Shown here piece by piece: positions 39,951-53,844 of a stretch of DNA of 64,000 nucleotides; within the stretch, counting starts at the first letter, position 1; every line of letters begins with the position of its first letter. The DNA is from Burkholderiales bacterium. Its GTDB lineage: Bacteria; Pseudomonadota; Gammaproteobacteria; Burkholderiales; Burkholderiaceae_C. Location of the stretch: the NCBI GenBank assembly GCA_016702555.1, contig JADJDV010000001.1:74786-138785 (forward strand), read 5' to 3'. Both the position numbers and the translations under genes were made by a program. The notes beneath the pieces are model-generated. The model ran no database searches and was not told the origin of the DNA. It saw only the letters and a program-made list of their open reading frames with translations.

Positions 39951-40727
39951 TTAGAAACGCGCCGGCCGCTTGGCCAGAAAGGCCGCGATGCCCTCGCGGT
40001 GCTCGGCGCTGTCGGCGTAATCGTAGGCGCTGGCGAGCAGCGGTTCGGGCACGGTGGCCGCCGCCTCAAGCGCGCGCAGGGTGCGCTTGTTCAGGCGCGC
40101 CGCCTGCGGCGCCAGCGTGGCGATGCGCGCGGCGCGCCGCTGCGCCTCGGCCATCAGTTCGGGCGCCGGCAGCACGCCATTCAGAAAGCCGCGCGCCTTC
40201 ATCTCGCGCGCATCCAGCACCGCCGCTTCCAGCAGCAGCTCGCGCGCGCTCGCGGCGCCGGCCACGCGCGCCACCAGCTGCGCCTCGCGCGGCGCCATCG
40301 GAAAGCCCAGGCGCGCGATCGGCGCACCGAATTTCGCATCCTCGGCGGCGATGCGGATGTCGCAGCAGCAGGCAATCTCGAGCCCCGCGCCCATGCAGTG
40401 GCCGCCGATGGCGGCGACGATGGGCAGATCGCAGTCGAGCACCGCCTGCAGGCCGCCCCAGACCTCGTCCTCGTGAAAGGCACGCAGCCGGTCGGCGTCG
40501 AAGCGAAAGTCCGGGTACTCGGCGATGTCACCGCCGGCGCAGAAGTGCGCGCCCTCGCCGCGCAGCAGCACGGCGTGCCAATCGCGGCTCGCCTGGATGC
40601 GCGCGAACACCTCTCGCAACTCGCGCCACATGGCGCGCGACATGGCGTTGAACTTGGACGGGTTCGACAGCGTGACGACGGCGACCCGTGCGTCGCCGTC
40701 GCTGCCCAGACTCACATGGCCGGACAA
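39951..40727 (-). CDS. Enoyl-CoA hydratase/isomerase family protein
   Basis: HFCAGGDI, GHCMGAGLEI, EGIAAFLAKR. Confidence 0.9.
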   Translation of the reverse strand: MSGHVSLGSDGDARVAVVTLSNPSKFNAMSRAMWRELREVFARIQASRDWHAVLLRGEGAHFCAGGDIAEYPDFRFDADRLRAFHEDEVWGGLQAVLDCDLPIVAAIGGHCMGAGLEIACCCDIRIAAEDAKFGAPIARLGFPMAPREAQLVARVAGAASARELLLEAAVLDAREMKARGFLNGVLPAPELMAEAQRRAARIATLAPQAARLNKRTLRALEAAATVPEPLLASAYDYADSAEHREGIAAFLAKRPARF

Positions 40728-40734
40728 GGGCAGA

Positions 40735-41712
40735 TCACTCCAGCTTGGCGCCCGACGCCTTCACCACCTGCGCCCAGCGGCTGATCTCGTCGCGGATCAG
40801 GCTGGCGAACTGTGCCCCGCTGACACCGGGGAAGTCGGCGCCCTGCCCTTGCCACACGGTCTTGGCGTCGGGCTCCTGGCAGGACTTGCGGATCACCTCG
40901 ATGGCGGCCTGCTGCGCGTCGGCCGGCATGCCCTTGGGCGCCCAGATGCCGTACCAGGTCTGCACGTTGTAGTCGGGCAGGCCGACCTCGGTCGCGCTGG
41001 GCACGTCCGGAATCGCCGGGTTGCGTTGCTTGCCCGCCACCATCAGCGCCTTGATGCGCCCGCCCTTGATGTGCCCGGCCGACGAGCCAAGGCCGTCGAA
41101 GGCCATGTCCACCGTGCCGGCGATCAGGTCCTGCAGGGCCGGGCCGGCGCCGCGGTAGGGAATGTGGGTGATTGAGGTCTTGGTCTGGATCTTGAACAGC
41201 TCGCCCGCCAGGTGGTGCACCGAGCCGGCGCCGGCCGAGGCGTAGTCGAGCTTGCCCGGGTTCTTGCGCAGGTGCTCGATCAGTGCCTGGGCGGTCGGCT
41301 GCGTCACGCGCCTGGGATTGACCACCAGCACCTGCGGCACGCTGGCCACCTGCACCAACGGCACAAAGTCCTTCTCGATGTCGTAGTCCAGCTTGGGGTA
41401 CATGCTGGGCGCGATCATGTGGTGGGCGCCGCCCATGAACAGCGTGTAGCCGTCGCCGGCCGCCTTGGCCGCCACCGAGGCACCCACGGTGCCACCGGCG
41501 CCGCCGCGGTTGTCGATCACCAGCGTCTTGCCGGTCAGCTTGGAGAACTGTGCCGCCAGCGGGCGCGCGAAGGCGTCGGTGCCGCCACCGGCGGGAAAGG
41601 GCACGATCAGCGTGACCGGCTTGGTGGGCCAGGATTGCGCCCGCGCCAGGCCCGGCAGCGTGAAAGCGGCCGCGCCCAGCAGCGCCTGACGACGGTTGAA
41701 TGCGAAAGTCAT
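40735..41712 (-). CDS. Bug/TctC tripartite tricarboxylate transporter solute-binding protein
   Basis: PTKPVTLIVPFPAGGGTD, NRGGAGGTVG, HIPYRGAGPA. Confidence 0.93.
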   Translation of the reverse strand: MTFAFNRRQALLGAAAFTLPGLARAQSWPTKPVTLIVPFPAGGGTDAFARPLAAQFSKLTGKTLVIDNRGGAGGTVGASVAAKAAGDGYTLFMGGAHHMIAPSMYPKLDYDIEKDFVPLVQVASVPQVLVVNPRRVTQPTAQALIEHLRKNPGKLDYASAGAGSVHHLAGELFKIQTKTSITHIPYRGAGPALQDLIAGTVDMAFDGLGSSAGHIKGGRIKALMVAGKQRNPAIPDVPSATEVGLPDYNVQTWYGIWAPKGMPADAQQAAIEVIRKSCQEPDAKTVWQGQGADFPGVSGAQFASLIRDEISRWAQVVKASGAKLE

Positions 41713-41743
41713 GCCAGCGGTCTCCTCATGGTGATTGGAAGAC

Positions 41744-43120
41744 TCAATCTAGCAGGCTTTCCACCGCGCTGGACACGGGGATTTGCCCTTGGGCCAGCAG
41801 CGCCCGATGCTTGTCCAGGCGCTTGGGGTCGTACAGGTAGTTCACCATCAGCCCGTGCGACTGGCGCAAGCCCTTGGGCGAGGGATCGGCGAGCCAGTTG
41901 ATGCGCTCGACGCGCGCGCCGTTGCCGAGATGAAAGCGCGCCACGGCGTCAAGCGGACGGCCTTCGTCGTCGAGTTCGGTCGCCAGAAAGCGTGCGACGG
42001 CACTCTTCAGCCAGCGGCGCACGGCCGATTTCTCGTCCAGTTCGGTCACGCGATCCAACGCGGCCAGCAGTGTCGGCGCCGTGGCTTGCGCCTCGCCCAG
42101 CTCGCGCGCCAGCGCGCTGCGGCTGCGCGCCGGCAGCTCATCGAGCAGGCGCTGCGCCTGCCTGCCCAGCCAGGCGCGCAGGCCGGGAATCGGCGACAGC
42201 GTGGCAAAGGTCTTGAGTTGCGGAAACTCGCCGTGCAGGGTCTCCACCACGCGCTTGATCAGCGAATCGCCGAAGCTGACACCGCGCAGCCCGCGCTGCG
42301 TGTTGCTGATGGAGTAGAAGATCGCCGTCGTCGCCTTCTGCAGGTCGGCGGCCTCGGCGTCCTCGTCCAGCAGCGGCGTGATGCCGGCGGCCAGTTCGCG
42401 CAGCAGTGCCACCTCGACGAAGATCAGCGGCTCGCCCGGCAGGCGCGGATGGAAGAAGCCGTAGCAACGCCGATCCTGGTCGAGCCGGTTCTTGGCGTCG
42501 GCCCAGCTGCGGATGTCGTGCACCGCTTCGTACTTGATCAGCTTCTCGATCAGCGAGGCCGGCGAATCCCAGCTGATGCGGCGCAGCTCCAGAAAGCCGA
42601 CGTCGAACCAGGTGGAAAACAGCTCTTCCAGCTCGGCGTCCAGCGCCAGCAGCCGCTTGTTGCTCTTGAGCTGCGGCAACAGCTCGGCGCGCAGATCGAC
42701 CAGAAAGCGCACGCCGTCCGGAAACGCCGCGAAGCGCTGCAGCAGGCGCGTGCGCGGCGCCGTGATGGCGCGGCGCAGGCGCACCTCGGCCTGCGCCTCG
42801 TCGTCGCTGCCCAGCGCCGCCTCGTAGGCTTCGCGTGCGCTCTGGATCGCGGCCGAATCGGGCGCGAACTGCTCGCTCATCAGCAGCCAACAGTCGCGCC
42901 GCTGCTCGGGCGTGGCCTTGGCGTACCAGCCGGCCACGCCGGCGGCACGTCGGCCACCCTCGACGTCGCTCACCGTCGGGTCGGCCACGTGGCGCAACTC
43001 GCGCAAGGTGCGCCGCAACACCCAGGGCGACAGCGCCTCCTGCGGCCGCCCCAGCACCGCGCCCAGGCGCTCGCGCGTGCTGCGCGCGGCGGCGGGGGAA
43101 TCCTTCAACTCATCGGCCAT
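41744..43120 (-). CDS. matA: Malonyl-CoA decarboxylase
   Basis: YEAVHDIRSW, FYSISNTQRGLRGVSFG, TLSPIPG, VARFHLGNGA. Confidence 0.93.
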   Translation of the reverse strand: MADELKDSPAAARSTRERLGAVLGRPQEALSPWVLRRTLRELRHVADPTVSDVEGGRRAAGVAGWYAKATPEQRRDCWLLMSEQFAPDSAAIQSAREAYEAALGSDDEAQAEVRLRRAITAPRTRLLQRFAAFPDGVRFLVDLRAELLPQLKSNKRLLALDAELEELFSTWFDVGFLELRRISWDSPASLIEKLIKYEAVHDIRSWADAKNRLDQDRRCYGFFHPRLPGEPLIFVEVALLRELAAGITPLLDEDAEAADLQKATTAIFYSISNTQRGLRGVSFGDSLIKRVVETLHGEFPQLKTFATLSPIPGLRAWLGRQAQRLLDELPARSRSALARELGEAQATAPTLLAALDRVTELDEKSAVRRWLKSAVARFLATELDDEGRPLDAVARFHLGNGARVERINWLADPSPKGLRQSHGLMVNYLYDPKRLDKHRALLAQGQIPVSSAVESLLD

Positions 43121-43148
43121 CGTCGTTCACCCCGTTCACGGCCGGCAC

Positions 43149-43973
43149 TCAGGCGGCCACCGCACCGGCATCGGTCCGGCGGCTCGCCCACACCCACATC
43201 GCCACGCCGGCCAGCACCATCGGCAGGCACAGCCACTGCCCCATGCTCATGCCCAGCGCCAGCAGGCCCAGGTGCGCATCGGGTTCACGGAAATACTCGG
43301 CGATGAAACGCAGCACGCCATAGCCGACCAGAAAGGCCCCGCTGACCTGCCCCATCCGGCGCGGCCGGCGCGCGTACAACCACAGCAGCACAAACAGCAG
43401 CACGCCCTCCAGCAAGAACTGATAGACCTGCGACGGATGGCGCGGCGCGTCGCCCGCACCGCGAAACACCATGCCCCAGGGCAGCGACGGGTCGGCCACG
43501 CGGCCCCACAGTTCGCCGTTGATGAAGTTGCCGACGCGCCCCGACGCCAGGCCGAGCGGCACACAGGGCGCGATCAGGTCGGTCACCTGCAGCCAGGGCC
43601 GGCCGCGCGTGCGCGCCCACAGCATCATGGCGACGATCACGCCCAGCATGCCGCCGTGAAAGCTCATGCCGCCCTGCCAGATGGCCAGGATCTCCAGCGG
43701 GTGCGCCGCGTAATACGCCGGCTTGTAGAACAGGCTGTAGCCCAGCCGCCCGCCCAGGATCACGCCCAGCACGCCCCAGAACAGCAGGTCCTCGATGTCG
43801 CGCCGCGTCCAGGGCGCCGGCTCGGTGATCGAGGCGAATGGCTCGTGCCGCAGGCGCCGCTTGGCCAGCCAGAAGAACAGCACAAACGCCACCAGGTAGG
43901 TCAGGCCGTACCAGTGCACCGCCAGCGGACCGAGCCGGATCGCCACCGGATCGATGTTCGGGTGAATCAGCAT
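43149..43973 (-). CDS. lgt: Prolipoprotein diacylglyceryl transferase
   Basis: [33 protein letters not shown]. Confidence 0.97.
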   Translation of the reverse strand: MLIHPNIDPVAIRLGPLAVHWYGLTYLVAFVLFFWLAKRRLRHEPFASITEPAPWTRRDIEDLLFWGVLGVILGGRLGYSLFYKPAYYAAHPLEILAIWQGGMSFHGGMLGVIVAMMLWARTRGRPWLQVTDLIAPCVPLGLASGRVGNFINGELWGRVADPSLPWGMVFRGAGDAPRHPSQVYQFLLEGVLLFVLLWLYARRPRRMGQVSGAFLVGYGVLRFIAEYFREPDAHLGLLALGMSMGQWLCLPMVLAGVAMWVWASRRTDAGAVAA

Positions 43974-44010
43974 GGCGCCGATTGTGCCTGCGCCATCGGT
44001 CGCCCCGGTG

Positions 44011-44934
44011 TCAGACTTGTGCGCGCACGAATTGCAGAAAGCGCGCCAGCGCCGGGCCGGGCTCGCCCTCCGGCCACACCAGCCGCGTCTCGCAGCCCGG
44101 CACGCGCGGGCGCCCGGCGCCGGCCATGGCGCGGTAGACCACGCCGGGGCGCCGGAACTGCTGCACGCTGCGCGGCACCCAGGCCAGCCCCAACCCCGCA
44201 GAGACCAGGTTGACGATGGTCTGCATCTGGATCGCCTCCTGCACCACCACCGGCGCGCGCCCGGCCGCCTGATAGAGCGCGAAGATGGCGTCGTGCAGCC
44301 CCGGCGCGATGCGGCGCGGAAAGATCACCAGCGGCTCGGCCAGCACCTGGGCGAGTGCCGGCGCGCCCGCCTCGGCCAGCGGATGCTGCTCGGGCAGGGC
44401 CAGCAGCAGCGGCTCGCTGGCCACCCGCAGCTGCGCCAGGCCGGGTGACGGCAACCCGCTGGCCAGCAGCATCAGGCCGGCATCGACCTCGCCGCGCTCC
44501 AGCAGCGCCAGCTGCACGTCACCGGTGGCCTCGATCAGTTCCAGATGCACACCCGGTGCCGCCGCGCGCCAGGCCGGCACCCAGCGCGGCAGCAACTCGA
44601 AGCCGGCGGTGGAGACGAAGGCCAGCCGCACCTGCCCGACCTCGCCCTGCGCCGCCGCCCGCGCCAGCCGCGGCAGCGTGGCGGCGCGCGCCAGCACTTC
44701 GCGCACTTCGGGCAGCAGCGCGGCGCCGGCCGGGCTCAGGGCCACATGCCGGCGCGTGCGCTCGAACAGGCGCGTGCCCAGGGCCTGCTCCAGGCCGGCG
44801 ATGGCCTGCGTCAGCGGCGGCTGCGTCATGTGCAGGCGCTGCGCCGCGCGGCCGAAGTGCAACTCCTCGGCCACGGCGACAAACTGGCGCCACTGGCGTA
44901 ATTCAATGCGCGCGCTTCTGTCCGGCTCATTCAT
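44011..44934 (-). CDS. LysR-family regulator divergent from ilvD
   Basis: [25 protein letters not shown]. Confidence 0.94.
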   Translation of the reverse strand: MNEPDRSARIELRQWRQFVAVAEELHFGRAAQRLHMTQPPLTQAIAGLEQALGTRLFERTRRHVALSPAGAALLPEVREVLARAATLPRLARAAAQGEVGQVRLAFVSTAGFELLPRWVPAWRAAAPGVHLELIEATGDVQLALLERGEVDAGLMLLASGLPSPGLAQLRVASEPLLLALPEQHPLAEAGAPALAQVLAEPLVIFPRRIAPGLHDAIFALYQAAGRAPVVVQEAIQMQTIVNLVSAGLGLAWVPRSVQQFRRPGVVYRAMAGAGRPRVPGCETRLVWPEGEPGPALARFLQFVRAQV

Positions 44935-44947
44935 ATGCCAAGCATAT
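44933..44947. promoter_or_regulatory. ATATGC-N3-GCATAT palindrome (T-N11-A LysR-type site)
   Basis: Overlaps the LysR start codon, upstream of ilvD. Confidence 0.5.
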
Positions 44948-45066
44948 CAATGCGTAGGAGCGATCGGATTGGATTCGCGCCGCCGGCTGTCGCATACTGG
45001 CAGGCTCCGGCACAGTGCATCGACGCTTGCCGACCTCCTTTTCCGCAACCCGCACGAGAGCACCGC

Positions 45067-46782
<1,716 letters not shown>

Positions 46783-46833
46783 GCGGCGCCACGCCGCGAA
46801 CGGGGCGGCCCGCCGCGCCGCAGCCAGACGCCA

Positions 46834-46868
46834 GCCCTGCGCGGATTCGGTCCGCCCAGGGCTTTTTT
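46834..46868 (+). terminator. Rho-independent terminator after ilvD
   Basis: GCCCTG...CAGGGC stem followed by TTTTTT. Confidence 0.75.
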
Positions 46869-46887
46869 CATTGGGTTCGCGGCCGCG

Positions 46888-47142
46888 TCAGCCGCGGCGC
46901 AGCGGCGGCTTGGTGTGGCCGCCGCTCAGCGCCTGGCGCTGTCGCTCGACACGTTCGCGCTGGCGCCGCTGCTCGCGCGCGGCCGCGCGGCGGCGCGTGA
47001 GGCCACTCAGATCCGACAGCGTCCACCACAGCGCCGCACCGGCGAACGGCGCCAGCACCAGCCACCAGGACCAGCCGGCCACCACGCCGATCTGCTGCCA
47101 CTTCAACAGCAGCAAGACAAGTCCCAGGCCGAGCAGGTACAT
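46888..47142 (-). CDS. Small Trp-rich membrane protein (TIGR04438-like)
   Basis: MYLLGLGLVLLLLKW...WSWWLVLAPF...WW..SD.SG.TRR pattern. Confidence 0.75.
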   Translation of the reverse strand: MYLLGLGLVLLLLKWQQIGVVAGWSWWLVLAPFAGAALWWTLSDLSGLTRRRAAAREQRRQRERVERQRQALSGGHTKPPLRRG

Positions 47143-47249
47143 GATTTTCTTGATCTGATTCAAGTGGGGTTATACGCCAAGCTGTCAACCTCGGCACCTA
47201 CAATTGCGTTGAGCGATTGGTGCTCCACTACCCACGAAGAGGAATGACG

Positions 47250-47561
47250 ATGAAGCGAATCCTGTTGAGCTTTGCCGCATTGGCGGCTGTTACCCTGGCT
47301 TCCCCCGCCATGGCGGACGAAGCGCTGGCCAAGTCCAAGAACTGCATGGCCTGCCACGCGGTCGACAAGAAACTGGTCGGCCCGTCCTACAAGGACGTGG
47401 CGAAGAAATACGCTGGCGACGCCAAGGCGGCCGATACCCTGGCGCTGCACATCATCAAGGGCAGCAGCGGCATCTGGGGCGCGGTGCCGATGCCCGCCAA
47501 CGCCAACGTCAACGAGGCCGACGCCAAGAAACTGGCGGCTTGGGTGCTGTCGCTCAAGTAA
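47250..47561 (+). CDS. Cytochrome c551/c552 class
   Basis: Signal peptide, CMACH, GPSYKDVA, WGAVPMP. Confidence 0.95.
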   Translation: MKRILLSFAALAAVTLASPAMADEALAKSKNCMACHAVDKKLVGPSYKDVAKKYAGDAKAADTLALHIIKGSSGIWGAVPMPANANVNEADAKKLAAWVLSLK

Positions 47562-47575
47562 GCGCTGCACGTTGC

Positions 47576-47610
47576 CACGAAAAAGCCCGCTTGAAGCGGG
47601 CTTTTTCGTG
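47576..47610. terminator. Bidirectional rho-independent terminator
   Basis: CACGAAAAAGCCCGC-TTGAA-GCGGGCTTTTTCGTG between convergent genes. Confidence 0.9.
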
Positions 47611-47658
47611 GCTGTCGCGAATGGCCGCGCGGAGCAGCCATTCGCGCCAGGCGCCAGA

Positions 47659-49641
<1,983 letters not shown>

Positions 49642-49886
49642 GAGCCTCGTCTCCTGATTTCTTCGTTGCACATACCGGGCCAATGCGCCCGTCCAAACCT
49701 TATCATCATCCGGCCAGGCTCTTACAAAGCACTGACTCAGGGTGTCGCCCCAATACTCTACTCGCCCGCCAATCCCCTGCCTGTCCCAGGTTCGTTGCCC
49801 GATCCGCCCGCGGACAAGCCGTCTTCACACCGATTGATGGCATGCGCGACGCCCACCGGGACACCGATCGCGCGCCACGAGGGCAG

Positions 49887-51284
49887 CTACACCATGTCCT
49901 GCGGCCGCACCCAGGCGTCGAACTGCTGGCCCGTGAGGTGGCCGCTGGCCAGCGCCGCTTCGCGCAGGCTCAGGCCCTCCTGGTGCGCCCGCTTGGCGAT
50001 CTGCGCGGCCTTGTCATAGCCGATGTGCGTGTTCAGCGCCGTCACCAGCATCAGCGAGCGCTGCACCAGTTCGTCGATGCGCGCGCGGTTGGGCTCGATG
50101 CCCACCGCGCAATGGTCGTTGAAGCTGACCATGCCGTCGGCCAGCAGGCGCACGCTCTGCAGGAAGTTGTGCGCGATCACGGGGCGGAACACGTTCAGTT
50201 CGAAGTTGCCCGACGCCCCGCCGATGCCGATCGCCACGTCGTTGCCCATCACCTGCGCGCACAGCATGGTCATGGCTTCGCTCTGCGTCGGGTTGACCTT
50301 GCCCGGCATGATGGATGAGCCGGGTTCATTCTCGGGGATGCTGATTTCGCCGATGCCGCTGCGCGGGCCGCTGGCCAGCCAGCGCACGTCGTTGGCAATC
50401 TTCATCAGGCTGGCGGCCAGGCCCTTCAGGGCGCCGTGGGCATACACCAGCGCATCGCACGAGGCGAGCGACTCGAACTTGTTGGGCGATGTCACGAACG
50501 GCAGGCCCGTCAACCGGGCCAGTTCGGCCGCCGCGGCTTCGGCATAGCCCTCGGGCGCATTCAGCCCCGTGCCCACCGCCGTGCCGCCCAGGGCCAGCTC
50601 ACCGAGGTGCGGCAGCGCGGCGCGCAGGTGCCGCTCGGCATGGTCCAACTGGGCTACGTAGCCCGAGAATTCTTGCCCCAGCGTCAGCGGCGTGGCGTCC
50701 TGCAAATGGGTTCGGCCGATCTTGACGATGTCGGCAAAGGCTTCGGACTTGGCCGCCAGCGTCGCACGCAGGCGCGCCAGCGCCGGCAGCAGGCGGTGCG
50801 TCAGCGCCTCGACCGCCGCCACATGCATCGCCGTCGGGAACACGTCGTTGCTGGACTGGCTCTTGTTGACGTCGTCGTTGGGGTGCACCCGCCGCGCCTC
50901 GCCGCGCTCGCCGCCCAGCAACTCGCTGGCGCGGTTGGCGATGACCTCGTTCAGGTTCATGTTGGTCTGCGTGCCCGAGCCGGTCTGCCAGACCACCAGC
51001 GGAAACTCGCCCACGTGTCGGCCGGCCAGCACCTCGTCGGCGGCGGCCACGATGGCCTCGGCCTTGCGCGCCTCCAGCAGGCCGAGCCGCTGATTCACCA
51101 CCGCCGAGGCGCGCTTGACCTGCGCCAGCGCGTGGATGATCTCGCGCGGCTGACGCTCGCCCGAGATGTCGAAGTTCTGCAGCGAGCGCTGCGTCTGCGC
51201 GCCCCACAGGCGATCGGCCGGCACCTCGATGGGGCCCAGGGTATCGCGCTCGGTGCGGGTGGGCGTGGTGGCCGGGTTTGTCAT
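49887..51284 (-). CDS. fumC: Fumarate hydratase class II
   Basis: [11 protein letters not shown] signature, [12 protein letters not shown]. Confidence 0.97.
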   Translation of the reverse strand: MTNPATTPTRTERDTLGPIEVPADRLWGAQTQRSLQNFDISGERQPREIIHALAQVKRASAVVNQRLGLLEARKAEAIVAAADEVLAGRHVGEFPLVVWQTGSGTQTNMNLNEVIANRASELLGGERGEARRVHPNDDVNKSQSSNDVFPTAMHVAAVEALTHRLLPALARLRATLAAKSEAFADIVKIGRTHLQDATPLTLGQEFSGYVAQLDHAERHLRAALPHLGELALGGTAVGTGLNAPEGYAEAAAAELARLTGLPFVTSPNKFESLASCDALVYAHGALKGLAASLMKIANDVRWLASGPRSGIGEISIPENEPGSSIMPGKVNPTQSEAMTMLCAQVMGNDVAIGIGGASGNFELNVFRPVIAHNFLQSVRLLADGMVSFNDHCAVGIEPNRARIDELVQRSLMLVTALNTHIGYDKAAQIAKRAHQEGLSLREAALASGHLTGQQFDAWVRPQDMV

Positions 51285-51413
51285 CGTTCACCTCCAGCGG
51301 AAAGCAGGACTGTCAAAATAGGGGTTTGACGCAAGGTAGCAGAGCCGCCAAAGCCCTGTCGGCAACGCCGCTGATCGCGCACCGATTCCACCAGAACCCT
51401 CGAGAACCGTGCC

Positions 51414-52964
51414 ATGACCACCATCAAGCAAGACGACCTGATCGAATCCATTGCCGCGGCGCTGCAGTACATCAGCTACTACCACCCGGCCGACTACATC
51501 GAGCATCTGGCGCGCGCCTACGAGCGCGAGCAGAGCCCGGCCGCCAAGGACGCGATGGCGCAAATCCTGACCAACAGCAAGATGAGCGCCACCGGCCACC
51601 GGCCACTGTGCCAGGACACCGGCATCGTCAACGTGTTCCTCAAGGTGGGCATGGACGTGCGCTGGGAAGGCTTCACCGGCTCGCTCGACGACGCCATCAA
51701 CGAAGGCGTGCGGCGCGGCTACAACCACCCCGACAACACGCTGCGCGCGTCGGTCGTCGCCGATCCGCAGTTCGCGCGCAAGAACACCAGGGACAACACG
51801 CCCGCCGTCACTGTGACCGAGACCGCGCCGGGCAACACCGTGGACGTCACCGTGGCCGCCAAGGGCGGCGGCAGCGAGAACAAGAGCAAGATGGCCATGC
51901 TCAACCCCAGCGACAGCATCGTCGACTGGGTACTGAAGACGGTGCCCACCATGGGCGCCGGCTGGTGCCCGCCGGGCATGCTGGGCATCGGCATCGGCGG
52001 CACGGCCGAACGCGCGGTGCTGCTGGCCAAGCAGTCGCTGATGGAAGACCTGGACATGTACGAGCTGCAGGCCAAGGCGGCGAAGGGCGAAAAGCTGACC
52101 CAGGTCGAGGAGCTGCGCCTGGAACTGTTCGAAAAAGTGAACGCACTCGGCATCGGCGCACAAGGCCTCGGCGGCCTGACCACCGTGCTGGACGTGAAGA
52201 TCGCCATGTACCCGACGCACGCGGCGTCGAAGCCGGTGGCCATGATCCCCAACTGCGCCGCCACGCGGCACGCGCACTTCGTGCTCGACGGCAGCGGCCC
52301 GGTCTACCTCGACGCGCCCAGCCTCGACCTGTGGCCCAAGGTGGACTGGGCGCCCGACACCGAGAAGAGCCGGCGCGTGAACCTCGACACGCTGACCAAG
52401 AAAGAAGTCGCCAGCTGGAAACCCGGCCAGACCCTGCTGCTGAACGGCAAGATGCTCACCGGTCGCGATGCCGCGCACAAGCGCATCCAGGATATGTTGG
52501 CCCAGGGTGAAAAGCTGCCGGTCGACTTCACCAATCGCGTCATCTACTACGTCGGCCCGGTCGATCCGGTGCGGGACGAAGCCGTCGGCCCGGCCGGCCC
52601 GACCACGTCCACGCGCATGGACAAGTTCACCGACATGATGCTCTCGCAGACCGGGCTGATCGCCATGATCGGCAAGGCCGAGCGCGGCCCCGCCGCCATC
52701 GAGGCGATCAAGCAGCACCAGTCGGCCTATCTGATGGCCGTGGGCGGCGCCGCCTACCTGGTCAGCAAGGCGATCAAGACGGCCAAGGTGGTCGGCTTCG
52801 AGGACCTGGGGATGGAAGCCATCTACGAGTTCGACGTGGTGGACATGCCGGTCACCGTGGCGGTCGATGCCGGCGGCACCAGCGCCCACATCACGGGTCC
52901 GGCCGAGTGGGAAAAACGCATCGCCACCGGCGAGTTCAGGGGCATCCCGGTCGCCGCCGCTTGA
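51414..52964 (+). CDS. fumA: Fumarate hydratase class I (Fe-S)
   Basis: PLCQDTG, KGGGSEN, GPAGPTTSTRM. Confidence 0.94.
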   Translation: MTTIKQDDLIESIAAALQYISYYHPADYIEHLARAYEREQSPAAKDAMAQILTNSKMSATGHRPLCQDTGIVNVFLKVGMDVRWEGFTGSLDDAINEGVRRGYNHPDNTLRASVVADPQFARKNTRDNTPAVTVTETAPGNTVDVTVAAKGGGSENKSKMAMLNPSDSIVDWVLKTVPTMGAGWCPPGMLGIGIGGTAERAVLLAKQSLMEDLDMYELQAKAAKGEKLTQVEELRLELFEKVNALGIGAQGLGGLTTVLDVKIAMYPTHAASKPVAMIPNCAATRHAHFVLDGSGPVYLDAPSLDLWPKVDWAPDTEKSRRVNLDTLTKKEVASWKPGQTLLLNGKMLTGRDAAHKRIQDMLAQGEKLPVDFTNRVIYYVGPVDPVRDEAVGPAGPTTSTRMDKFTDMMLSQTGLIAMIGKAERGPAAIEAIKQHQSAYLMAVGGAAYLVSKAIKTAKVVGFEDLGMEAIYEFDVVDMPVTVAVDAGGTSAHITGPAEWEKRIATGEFRGIPVAAA

Positions 52965-53836
52965 GGCCACCGCGGCACCACAGCGACCGCGCCGCGCCGA
53001 TCGGCGTGTTCGACAGCGGCATCGGCGGCCTGTCGGTGCTGCAGGCGCTGCATACCGCGCTGCCGGGCGAAGACATCGTCTACATCGCCGACAGCGCCCA
53101 CACGCCCTACGGCGAGCGCAGCGACGCCTTCATCATCGAGCGCAGCCAGGTCATTGCCGAGCAGCTGCGCGACACGCACGGCGCCAAGCTGCTGATGATC
53201 GCCTGCAACACCGCCAGCGCCGCCGCCGCTGAACGGCTGCGGCAGGACAACCCGGGCTGGCCGATCGTCGCCATCGAGCCGGCCCTGAAGCCGGCGGCGC
53301 GCGCGACGCGCAGCGGCCACGTCGGCGTGCTGGCCACGCGCAGCACGCTCGGCAGCGACAAGTTTGCGGCGCTGCGCCACAGCATCGTCGATACGCACGC
53401 CGGCCTGCACGTCAGCACCCTGGCCGCCGATGGCCTGGCGGCGGCGATTGAGCACTGGGCGCAAAGCGGCGATGAGCGCGCCTGCGGCGCTCTGCTCGAC
53501 CGCTACCTGGCCCAGTTGCTGGCCGCATCCGATGCGCCAGCCCCGATCGATAGGCTGGTGCTCGGCTGCACCCACTACCCGCTGCTGCGCCCGCAGATCG
53601 CGCGGCGCCTGCCGCCCGGCGTGGCACTCGTCGACGCCGGTCTGCCGGTGGCGCGGCAGGTCCAGCGCCTGCTGCATGCCACCGGCCTGCTGCGCTTTGC
53701 CGCCACCCACGCGGTGGCACCACCCGCCGGCCGGCTCGAACTGCTGGCGACCGGCAGTGACGACATTCTGCGGGCGGCGGCAGAGCGCTGCCTGTCTGCG
53801 CCGCCAGCGCTGGCCATGCGCGCACTGGCAGCGTAG
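52961..53836 (+). CDS. murI: Glutamate racemase
   Basis: IGVFDSGIGGLSV, IACNTAS, VLGCTHYP. TTG start overlapping the fumA stop is inferred. Confidence 0.93.
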   Translation: MRPPRHHSDRAAPIGVFDSGIGGLSVLQALHTALPGEDIVYIADSAHTPYGERSDAFIIERSQVIAEQLRDTHGAKLLMIACNTASAAAAERLRQDNPGWPIVAIEPALKPAARATRSGHVGVLATRSTLGSDKFAALRHSIVDTHAGLHVSTLAADGLAAAIEHWAQSGDERACGALLDRYLAQLLAASDAPAPIDRLVLGCTHYPLLRPQIARRLPPGVALVDAGLPVARQVQRLLHATGLLRFAATHAVAPPAGRLELLATGSDDILRAAAERCLSAPPALAMRALAA

Positions 53837-53844
53837 CGCCACAC

